A stretch of DNA of 61,662 nt, counting the filler, from Globobulimina sp. (Eukaryota): NCBI GenBank assembly GCA_003354225.1. It is 20 parts of 20 records of this genome, joined end to end, with 100 filler letters (N's around TTAATTAATTAA, not from the genome) between each part and the next. Parts side by side here need not be neighbours in the genome. Positions count along the whole stretch, not along the records: positions 9,271 to 12,259 come from PIVH01004112.1; positions 12,360 to 15,348 come from PIVH01004113.1; positions 15,449 to 18,437 come from PIVH01004114.1; positions 18,538 to 21,526 come from PIVH01004115.1; 16 more parts are not named here. One strand, 5' to 3'. Made by a program: the position numbers and the translations under genes. Shown piece by piece: positions 9,271 to 19,428 of this stretch (position 1 is the first letter of the stretch; every line of letters starts with the position of its first letter). The notes below the pieces were generated by a model. That model saw only the letters and a list, made by a program, of their open reading frames with translations, was not told where the DNA came from and made no database searches.

Positions 9271-11899
9271 TGGCTGATTATAAAAACGTTTATGTCATCG
9301 GGGCGAAAGAAATGGAGGTATATGATATTGATGCGAAGCAATGGGATGTGAGAGATATTGATTTGGATATCCAGGAATTTATGGCAATGTTTTTTAAGTA
9401 TGTGTTAGCAACCTGTGCTATTACAAATGATTCCAAATTTATATATTTATTTTATAACGTAATGTTTGAGTACGATGATATTACAGGTAATGCTAAATTG
9501 ATTGAAGAGAATTTTCAGAGAAGTCAGATTTGGTATAATTATGTTGTAAAATATGATGTAAATACAGGAAGCAGCACAACATTAAGTTATCAAACCCCAC
9601 CATCTTTATGGTGGACACAATCTGCGCATGCTGTGACAGCCGGTAATGGTAAAATATATTTACACGGATGTTATATTTCATGGCAAACAGCCATATTTGA
9701 TCCAGAAACTGACCAATTCGAAACAGAAACAATTGATGTAAACAATGCAGATGTGGTGCAATTGTATGATGAGTCCCGATTAGCTAAATACGATGATAAT
9801 GTTTTATTGCTATTGTCAATCATTGATATTTCTCAACTCAATTATTACTCTGTACAAAATATTTCATTATATGCAACAATTACAGATTTAGTCTCCATTA
9901 ATATTACCGAAACAGCATTGATTTCATCGGTATGGCCATCTGACGGGTTTTCAATTAAATACTATTTAAATGATTTTAGTGACACAGCAAATGGAAGTTA
10001 TGATGTTAGATTTTATGTTGAGCCGCATGTTAACAATTCAAATGCGAATAATACCATTGACATCGATGCAGTAATTACACTAAATATATTCAATGATGAT
10101 TGTTTTTGTGAGACTAATGTTAATATTTATAGCTCAGTGAAATGCTCCCAATGCAAACAGCATTTTGATTTAAATAAATATTCAAAAGCTTTTGATAACG
10201 ATGCGAATAAATTGGACATTAATATTATTGCTGCAGAATGGCATGGTGTTACGCCGTTAATTATTCCCAAATATCTTAGCATTGCGTTGGAAAGATGTAT
10301 AATTTCGTTTGAAAATGGTGGCTCGATCAGCAACACTGATACACCAATCACAGGCTTCCATTATTCACTTAAAACAACAAATTGTTATTCAAGAGATGGA
10401 ATTGAGTTTTCTATTTCTGTCCTTTCGGCAAAAGTAAATATGGAAAAAGAATTAATAATTTCTGTCAATAATCGGCAAAGCAGCGGCAAAGTTTGCGATG
10501 TAGAGAATGTTTGTAATTCATTCGACGGCAATTATTTTGAAATAAAACATGCGACGCTTGCTGATGATGATAGATTTGCGATTAATTTTATATCCAATTC
10601 AATCGATTTAATAATTGATGACAGTTCGAAATCAATTCCTGTTCCATTCAATGTGGTGAGCTCATTATCTTCATTGGATATTGGATTAATAGTTTCTGGA
10701 TCGGTTGTTGCATTTATTTGTGTTCTGAGTATATTTGGATGGCAATACAAAAAGATTTGGGATGAAAAACAAAGGCGTAAGAAATATGAGCATAAAATTT
10801 ATAATCCGATGGTTGTTTCGCTGGGCATTGCATTTTACGACGAAGAAGTAGAGAATCCAGGAATTAATGTTCATTGTCCAAATCTTGACGGAGTGGACAG
10901 AGATTATGCAAGTATTCAAAAACTGTGTAAATTATTAAACTATGATTTATATCCAAAATATGAAAAATATGCGTGGACAGAAAAGGAAATGATTGAATTT
11001 CTTGAGGAGAGGGCAGCGGATATCGGCGGTGATAATAAAAAGCAATATGACGGTATTTTATTGGTTTTGAGTGGCCACGGATTCCAAAATAATATCATAA
11101 CCTCAGATTATCAGATGCTGAGTAAAACTGCCGTCCATAGACTTTTTTCCACAAATTATGCGTCTGTCCGGTTATTGCCACGAATGTTTATCTATGACTG
11201 TTGCGATGGTGCTCAGGAGAGATCTCATTATGCGGCTGATTATAACACGGATGAAAGTGACGAAAGTGGCAGTGAAGGGGTTGGAGATGATGCCGGCAAA
11301 GGAATCACTAAAAAAGATGAAGGGACAGAAGGGACAGAGCAAGGCAAGAATTTTGTTGCTGACGATATTAAAATAAATCAATATGATGAAGAACTTTGGA
11401 AAAAAGGTTTGATAAATTAAATTAAGTTAATTTGACATAAAATTCAATATTAAACAGATCAAAAGAATCCAGATTATAAATTATCACTTATTCATGCAGC
11501 CAATGAAGGCTTTAAAGCTAAGATGAATGCAGAAAATGGTTCATATTTAATTTATCAGTTTGCACTTCGAGTCATTGCAAATATTGAGAATGATAAGAAA
11601 AAGGAACAATTGTATGTTGGTGAAATAATTGACGGAATTCAACAATATTTGCATGATTCTGGTAAGCAACAAATAACCGCAATATTTAACAATCAAACAA
11701 GATATTTAAAATTTGAACAAAATAAAAACGAAGAACAGGAAATAAATTGTATGCTATTGAGGATAATGAAGTGATTGAAGTGGAAGATGTTGTCAGTGGA
11801 GGAGGCGAGGGGAAAAAAGAAACGCATATGATTGAGTTGCAAAAAATTGGAAAGACAAATAATGAAAATGTTACTGAAAATGGTATTGATGTACAGTAG
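9271..11899 (+). CDS. Single-pass membrane protein: kelch-like ectodomain, TM helix, cytoplasmic caspase-fold (clan CD/C14) protease; 5'-truncated
   Basis: Kelch-like pieces NVYVIGAKEMEVYDIDAKQW and GKIYLHG..IFDPETDQF. TM IGLIVSGSVVAFICVLSIFGW. p20 motifs NLDGVDRD, LLVLSGHG and LPRMFIYDCCDG. An intron at 11407-11457 (51 nt) joins the p10-like IHAANEGFKA..NGSYLI. Stop is at 11774 as read, or 11899 if one A is missing near 11745. Confidence 0.8.
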
Positions 11900-12432
11900 T
11901 ATATCAGGAATAATTTATACATTTCGTTTTAAAATATGTACAGTTTAATTTTATTTTCCTTTTTAAGTCTGTGAATCATTCATCACCGTATTTAAGGACT
12001 TAGGCCCGGTAATTGTTCTTGTGTTTCTATAGAATAATTGCAATTGTTTGCAGACTTTTACGTTTTAACTGAGGATAGATATCTGACGTTTTAACTGATA
12101 TCTTTTACGTTTCTCAGACAATAAAGATCTGACGCTGAAAACAGGCTGATTTGAACGATATATTCAGATAGACGTGTTAACTCATTTTTGGGTACACCAA
12201 ATTTTGCCTGTCAAAAAAGCAATCCTCAGCTCTACTGTGTTTAGATACAACAGAAGTGGNNNNNNNNNNNNNNNNNNNNNNNNNNNNNNNNNNNNNNNNN
12301 NNNTTAATTAATTAANNNNNNNNNNNNNNNNNNNNNNNNNNNNNNNNNNNNNNNNNNNNATACCACTGGTTTGTATCCAACATATTGCAAAGGTGCAAAT
12401 TCATAATGTGTGTTTGTGTTTGTGTGTGTATA

Positions 12433-12663
12433 GGATTAGGAGATGAAGAGATTTTATGTAATAAAATTCTTGATGTTGTTGTTGCAATTGTTGGATGGTG
12501 GATAATTATGTTAATATTTATATGGAAGTATATTCCTTGGATATCGAGTAAAAATGCTTACGATGAGTGGAGTAAAGATAATATACAAAATGGTGGATAT
12601 GAACAATCGGCAGCAAGTGACCTTGGCGATTCATCAGACACTGAAGAAATTCAGGCTGTTTGA
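12433..12663 (+). CDS. Last exon of a membrane protein (5' part off-contig)
   Basis: Acceptor gtgtatag| followed by GDEEILCNKILDVVVAIVGWWIIMLIFIWKYIPW and an acidic tail. Confidence 0.5.
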   Translation, partial: GLGDEEILCNKILDVVVAIVGWWIIMLIFIWKYIPWISSKNAYDEWSKDNIQNGGYEQSAASDLGDSSDTEEIQAV

Positions 12664-12833
12664 TATGTAATATATGTCATACTTATATTGAATGCTAAAT
12701 TATAACTCTTTAATTTGTACCAATCATCAAAAAAATATAAATATACATGACACATATTTCGTAACAGATTTTTACGATACTGCAAAAATGCCTATTATAT
12801 ACATTTAAACAAAAAAAAACTCTTGTTGAACAA

Positions 12834-15208
12834 ATGATGGTTGCAGTTTTGCGTGTATGGTTGTTTGTTGTTATTTTTTCGACTCAGTTATCTCATATCA
12901 AAGCAGACGTAACACCAACAATTTCAAATTCAACTGGACAATATTTTTTTACAAGCGGCCACTTCCAGTATGATTCTGAAACATTTACATGTAATCATTC
13001 CTCATTATGTTATTTTGAATGCAATCATCTTGAAAGCTGTACTAATTTAGTATTAAATACATCATCTTCCAATGTCAATCTTAATTGTAATTATGATGAT
13101 TCATGTGTTGGTGATTTTAATTTATCATTAAGTCAAAATCTGTTTATAAATTGTAATGGTTATTCAAGTTGTGACGGCATAAATGTATATGTACATGCGG
13201 CCAATGGCACAATCAAAGGAAGTACGGCGTATATTAATTTAACAAATCATGATGATCATCGCACGTCTTACGACTATAAAAATTTCCATCTTCAAAAGAT
13301 AGATGTTGTTAATATGCAATGTGATGGTCGGGGGACATGTGATGATACAACGTTATATTGTCCATCTCATGAAGAGAATGCATGCAATGTGGCAGATTAT
13401 GATGAACAGTATGAGCCAGTGTTGAAAGTGAACGAACATTACACATTAAATTGGTTAAACTATTCACCAGAACCAAACCCACAATATCCTGTATTAGTGA
13501 CATGTATCGATGATTTGGGCAAAGAAACTGGATCAATATCAAGTAATATAATGACGTATAATGGTATTGATGTTTGTCAATATTATAGTAATTGTTGTCC
13601 ATACTCATCAGTAAAAATTAGCAATGATGATTATAAGAATGGATGGTATATTAATGACTGCATTGAAGGATATGATTGTTTTATTGATTGTTCATCGCGG
13701 TATATGACAACTGGAGTATTATCAGAATGTGGTTACAGAATAATTGATGGATCGTTAAGTAACTCTGTAACTGTTGTTTGTCCTGAAGCAAATTCATGTG
13801 ATTATACTCGCGTTATTTGTCCAATAAATGGTGGAGAGTGTAATGTCAATGTCACAATCAAAGATGGATCAAATGGATTGCGTATGAACGCGACATCATT
13901 TATTGGTAATGATTTAAACATAAATTTGAATTGTTTAGCTGATTCTAGTTGTAATGAGCCGTATATTTTTGCGCAAGATGCAATTGGAAGCAATATAAAT
14001 ATGGACATAAATTGTGTTTCGTCGGGTACTAATAACGCAGCCGCATGTTACAACTTGTTGGTAGATGGTTCATCGTCAGATTTAAATAACATTAGTATCA
14101 AATATCATGGTATTTATAATTATGATGTTGTTTATAATATGAATCCGTACGACCATGATGTTTATACTTATGATAAATTGTATTTGTTTGGTGCTTCAAA
14201 TGTTAATATTCATTGTGACGGAATGCGTGCATGTTCTGGTCGTTTAACTTAGAAAATTCAAGTAATATAGATATTATATGTGATGGTATCACAATTGATG
14301 CCTTTGATAGTCATTTTGTCCGTGGTGCAATTGGTGGTGGTTCATGCCAAGAGAGTGAATTTTATGTCGGAGGAGCCACCAATGTTAATATAGAATGTGT
14401 ATCCAACATTAATTGCTTAGGAACTCAGATTTTTGCACAAGAAAGTAATGAATTAGATGTAGTTTGTGATGGTGATGCAGCATGTTCAGATATGTTAATT
14501 AGTTATCCAGCAATGGGTCATCCACAAGCTTTTACATTAGAATGTTATGATGGTATATTTGATTATTCCTGCAATGGAATACGTATCTATTTACAGGATG
14601 ATTTCATTACAAATTTTATAGATTTAATGTGTGAGTCAAGTAAAGCATGTAATCTTATTTATTTTCGTTGTGATACAAAAGGGATTTCCATATTAAATCC
14701 GGATGAAAATTATCATTCATGTCTGAGTAATAATTGTTGTCCGATCGAAGCCAATCAGACCACAGCAAGTCCGACCACAACAAATCCAACAACTGCTTAT
14801 CCAACGACAGCAAATCCAACGACAGCAACAGAGCAACCAACGAATACATCCACCACTTCTACATTACCACAATTGACAACTACGTATAATCCAGGTATAT
14901 GTACATATTTATATGCAGTAAAATACAAATACTGTTTTGACCGGCCTCCTGTAGGCAATTCAGGTGCCAGATCAGATACATCAGGAACATCAACATCGAA
15001 GAGTTTTGGTTTTGGCATTGGATGGATTGTATTCATTATTGTTGCTGTTCTCTTTTTTTTTATTTGTGCTGCATATATTGCGTACAAAATGGGTATAAAA
15101 AACGGTATAAAAAATAAAATCAAACAAAAACACGCAATGATACCTGCATTGGAATTAGTTCAAACTCAAAATATCAACACTGCTCAAGATATTGATACTC
15201 CTCAATAA
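12834..15208 (+). CDS. Cys-rich type I surface glycoprotein with PT-repeat stalk (apparent frameshift near 14245; probable intron 14895-14954)
   Basis: Signal peptide, more than 10 copies of a (I/L/V)xC-x4/5-(S/A/T)C motif, SPTTTNPTTAYPTTANPTT stalk and TM WIVFIIVAVLFFFICAAYIAY. ORFs 12834-14252 and 14231-15208 share the same repeat and join by adding one T. Confidence 0.8.
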
Positions 15209-15449
15209 TAACTGCAACAATGATCATTTTACTAGTAATCAAGTATTGTTATCGAACATATCACATTTAATTTAAACACTTTTTTTTGAGATTAATTATG
15301 TTTAACTATATGGTATCATTCGATGACAATGTAATTATTTATGTGTGTNNNNNNNNNNNNNNNNNNNNNNNNNNNNNNNNNNNNNNNNNNNNTTAATTAA
15401 TTAANNNNNNNNNNNNNNNNNNNNNNNNNNNNNNNNNNNNNNNNNNNNC

Positions 15450-17360
15450 AGTGACATCACAACAATCTGCGTCTCAAATAATAGATTAACATCACCATCA
15501 TATTGCCACCAAGACGATTCTTGTATTATTTCATCATCAAAAGATGAAACTTTATGCATTTGGAGGAAAACAAATAAATTAAAATTAGTATTAAAGCACA
15601 TAATCGATATTCCAAGTTTACTCAATCTGGGATATACTAATAATAATATATATGCCTCAGCCGTTGTGTACGGAGCAGGGAACGGCATTATATGCATTGG
15701 TGACAACCTCGGATTTATTAGGATTTTAAATATAAAACATAACGATTGCATAAAACAGCAAAGTATTTGCAGTGTATCAGCATCCAAAATAAAATCATTA
15801 TGTTTTGATAAAACACAAAATATTTTGTTAGTTCATCGAGCAAATAATGAAGTGACAATATTCAACACACAGAAAAAAACCAGTCAATTAATCCCAGTTT
15901 TATGCATTCAGAAAATGAGTGAAACGTCGACATCGTCAAACTGTTTACTACAAAAATCGTATTTGTTGCAACATCATTCAACATGGCAAGATTCGAAAGA
16001 TTTGCAATGTTGGATTGGAACTACAAACAATAGGAAACGTATAATGCTACGAACATTTTATTTAGATCCGTTTTCAATAAATTTATGTCTAAGAAATCAT
16101 CCGTTGCAGTTTGAAAATAAAGTTAATTTTGATATTCCTGAAGGGACAATCTCCGATTTTATAATCCATCCTTGCGAGGAATATATGTGTATTGCATCGA
16201 GTATTGGCAATATTTATTTATATCATTTATTAACAGGTAAACTATGTACAATTATCGAATGTTACCATCACTGTTTGTCATTAGCCTTCGATCCATCCGG
16301 ATTGTATTTAGCCTGTGTTCTAATCACAGATATTAACAGTCAGAGTAAGAAAGGAGGCGATGAAATAAATATTTATCAAATAGGAACGCAAGACTTTGTT
16401 GCAAAAATTAATTGTATCGGAAACATCCGGCACTGTGCTTTTGGTCAAGATGGAGATTTATTGTATGTTTCTGGTGATTGTGGTATAATGAAATCGTTGT
16501 CTGTTCCGAATGGAATACAGGAAAATATCCAACAAACATTAAAAAGAATGGCCATTAATCCATATTTTTGGTCAAAATATCCGTTTGTTATGAAAGAAAA
16601 TGATAAAATGGAAACTTATACAAATACAGCTATTCAGTTGTCTGATGAACAAAATTGTAGAATTAACAGAAGATATGATGCAGATTTACAAGAAATGATA
16701 CAATTGCAACAACAATACGGTATATTAACCACTCCAACATCGCAAAAACACAAAAATATGCAAACACAAACATCACACATTAACATGCAAGATGTTGCTA
16801 TTCCGTGTTCTGTCAAAAGTACACCAAAAGCAATAGCTAGCACTAGAAATATAGGAATTGGAAATGAGCCAGAAACAGAGGATGGACATATTGTGCGTAA
16901 TGATGATAAATATGAGCATATAGAATCACAATACATTGAGAATGCAGGTTCTGTGATTAATGAAAATCCGAAACAACAACAACAATTAAATGCTATTGAT
17001 AGAGATATGACATTTGATGGTTTATATGCTATTAATACATTGATTGAGGAATCACAAAATACAGAGTTAGCATTATTGGATGACCAATTAACTGAAAATT
17101 ATACAAAAACAATGCTATCGGAATTTAATGCAAATCTGAAACAATTTGATGATTTTGATTGGAGCGATTGCGATGAAAATGAAAATTCAAAAATAGATAA
17201 ATACGCTCCATTAAATATTAAACATGCCACAAAAAATAAAGAAGAAGATCTAGACATATCTAAAATGTCGAAGGATATTATAATTGACATTATAAAACAA
17301 ATTGACGTGAAGCAAGATATTACAGATGATCAAAATGCAAAATCAACCAAAATGAAATGA
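15450..17360 (+). CDS. WD40-repeat protein (WDR62/MAPKBP1-like), 5'-truncated
   Basis: Open from the contig edge. WD motifs IISSSKDETLCIWRK, SLAFDPSGLYLA and LLYVSGDCGIM, followed by a disordered acidic tail. Confidence 0.7.
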   Translation, partial: SDITTICVSNNRLTSPSYCHQDDSCIISSSKDETLCIWRKTNKLKLVLKHIIDIPSLLNLGYTNNNIYASAVVYGAGNGIICIGDNLGFIRILNIKHNDCIKQQSICSVSASKIKSLCFDKTQNILLVHRANNEVTIFNTQKKTSQLIPVLCIQKMSETSTSSNCLLQKSYLLQHHSTWQDSKDLQCWIGTTNNRKRIMLRTFYLDPFSINLCLRNHPLQFENKVNFDIPEGTISDFIIHPCEEYMCIASSIGNIYLYHLLTGKLCTIIECYHHCLSLAFDPSGLYLACVLITDINSQSKKGGDEINIYQIGTQDFVAKINCIGNIRHCAFGQDGDLLYVSGDCGIMKSLSVPNGIQENIQQTLKRMAINPYFWSKYPFVMKENDKMETYTNTAIQLSDEQNCRINRRYDADLQEMIQLQQQYGILTTPTSQKHKNMQTQTSHINMQDVAIPCSVKSTPKAIASTRNIGIGNEPETEDGHIVRNDDKYEHIESQYIENAGSVINENPKQQQQLNAIDRDMTFDGLYAINTLIEESQNTELALLDDQLTENYTKTMLSEFNANLKQFDDFDWSDCDENENSKIDKYAPLNIKHATKNKEEDLDISKMSKDIIIDIIKQIDVKQDITDDQNAKSTKMK

Positions 17361-17489
17361 AAATCTCGTTCATGAATAATTATAATTCTAAATTCGATTA
17401 AAATGCGTTGCCTTAATTCCGAGTATCACCCTTGTGAAACAGTTGATGATTATGTGAGCAAACAAAATCTGGATGTTTTCTTAAATTAA

Positions 17490-18143
17490 ATGTCTACGCT
17501 TGAATTGTTGCTGGTTGTTGGCTATATTCGAATTCACCTCAAACAAATTGAATTTCAAGCTGCGACAGGCATAATTCCCAAAGAGATTAAAGTTTTATGT
17601 AGCAAATATTTTGATTATTTGCCTGTGTTCCATCAACAAGGAGAAGATATGCGAGTAACAACTAACTTCTATAAAAGTACAGTAAGAATGATGAATTCTA
17701 ATGCAAATTGGAATTCATCCTATGGTATAATTAGAATTAATTCCATGGATAATTGTATTTATGAGTGGAGATTACAAATTAATAATTTGGCAGCAGGATT
17801 ATTATTATTAGGTATTGTCGATTTTGAAGGAGATCATAGGTTTAATATGATAACAGAACATTATCTGCATTATGTGTTGCATTGTTGTGGCATATTACTT
17901 CAACACAAACAAAAATCTGTGCGATTATATGGAGGAGAATGTACGCAAGGAACAAAAATAAAATATCAATTAAATTTAAAGAGTCGACAGATTAAATTAT
18001 TTCTAAATGGCAAAGATATGGGAATTGTATTTAAGGATATTGAAATTGGTGAATCTATTTCTTATAAATTTGGTGTTTCTTTCTATGAAGCTGGTGATAG
18101 GATATCATTCTTAGGCTTAGATAAAATAATCCCAAACAATTAA
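17490..18143 (+). CDS. SPRY/B30.2-like protein with N-terminal 'LxxGYIR..IPxEIxxLC' module
   Basis: LLVVGYIR...IIPKEIKVLCSKYF, then IYEWRLQI, LLLGIV, YGGECTQGTKIKYQLNLK, IKLFLNGKDMGIVF and YKFGVS. Confidence 0.75.
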   Translation: MSTLELLLVVGYIRIHLKQIEFQAATGIIPKEIKVLCSKYFDYLPVFHQQGEDMRVTTNFYKSTVRMMNSNANWNSSYGIIRINSMDNCIYEWRLQINNLAAGLLLLGIVDFEGDHRFNMITEHYLHYVLHCCGILLQHKQKSVRLYGGECTQGTKIKYQLNLKSRQIKLFLNGKDMGIVFKDIEIGESISYKFGVSFYEAGDRISFLGLDKIIPNN

Positions 18144-18178
18144 ATTTAATTATAAATAATGTATATTGTCAAAATATA

Positions 18179-18437
18179 TTAATCAACATATGATGTTTCA
18201 ATTTCATCTGCCGGCCTATTATTTATCTCTTTTACCAACCAGTCATCGTTTGTTTCAATATATCCATCAACTTGTTCTTCCATATTCGAGTCCGACTGAG
18301 ATATTCTACATTTAGTCCCATTTTCCGACTCAACACTTGAGAGATATGAAACAGTGCCACTTTCTTCCAATAAATCGTCACAAAGATATTCTGTTTCATT
18401 TGTTGACAAATGCTGCATATTTCATAATTTAGTAACA
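18179..18437 (-). CDS. Acidic C-terminal fragment of a gene truncated by the contig edge
   Basis: Open acidic frame ending at TAA 18179-18181. Confidence 0.35.
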
Positions 18438-18834
18438 NNNNNNNNNNNNNNNNNNNNNNNNNNNNNNNNNNNNNNNNNNNNTTAATTAATTAANNNNNNN
18501 NNNNNNNNNNNNNNNNNNNNNNNNNNNNNNNNNNNNNAAATCATGAAAAAACATTCAAAAAATGACTCACTCCCGTTCGAAACATACATACACTGAATAC
18601 CAAACGACACATGGCATGACACACTCACTCAATGAAATGACAGACGACTGAGTATACTTTTTTTTAGAAACATAAATTTTAGATTTTCTTTCTTTTAAAA
18701 AACATTGATTCAGAGTACTTTTAAAAATCTGGAAAACTAAAACGTAAACCTTTCAAACCAATCTACAGGGAAAGTAATTTGTTAAATTATTATGTTATTC
18801 AGTGCTTAACAGATTCAATCCCAGGGGTTCTTAG

Positions 18835-19332
18835 CTGCATGCCGCTCTTTATTACAATGGATGTTATGCTAAAGCATGTACTTGCCGCGTTAGCAGCCAA
18901 TCTGAATGTGAAACCGCAGGTAATTTGAAATATGATAATGACGGAAATATTAAAACGCAATGTTCGTGGGAGGTGTCACACAATAAATGCCGTAATACTC
19001 TCTGGTTAGAATGTAAACAGGACCCAGAATGCATTTGGATTCATAAAGTCAGTGATGATGTACAAGATAAACCAACTGTACATGCTGAAGACCCGTGCAG
19101 TATATCTGAACAATATGAGGATATTCTATTTGTATATTCATCGGATGGAGATAGAAAGCAAAACGATGAAATGATAATATCATCAATGGAAACACATTCG
19201 GACAATATACGCATATTTTCTTTATGCATAGTGTTAATATTTGCAATTATCAGCTGGTTGCTAAAAGGAAAGATGATGAAATTCTTCCTGCATTTAATCA
19301 ATATCAAGGTTACTCAACATTTTAATCTGTAA
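18835..19332 (+). CDS. Small Cys-rich single-pass membrane protein (start unresolved; probable frameshift near 19265)
   Basis: GCYAKACTCRVSSQSECE...QCSW...KCRN...ECKQDPECIW, then TM IRIFSLCIVLIFAIISWLL. Adding one A gives the tail KRKDDEILPAFNQYQGYSTF* (stop 19325). Confidence 0.55.
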   Translation: MHAALYYNGCYAKACTCRVSSQSECETAGNLKYDNDGNIKTQCSWEVSHNKCRNTLWLECKQDPECIWIHKVSDDVQDKPTVHAEDPCSISEQYEDILFVYSSDGDRKQNDEMIISSMETHSDNIRIFSLCIVLIFAIISWLLKGKMMKFFLHLINIKVTQHFNL

Positions 19333-19428
19333 TATATTAATTGTACAATGAGTTGTAGTCTGTTTTAAATATGCAATCAAAAATTAAAATGGAATTTGAC
19401 TCATTGTTATTGTGTGGTATCACAACAG

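Noticed and set aside
11735-19270. Programmed frameshifting at about 11745, 14245 and 19265
   Set aside because: Each is repaired by adding one base to an A or T run, which fits homopolymer under-calling. No shared slippery or stimulatory element is seen.
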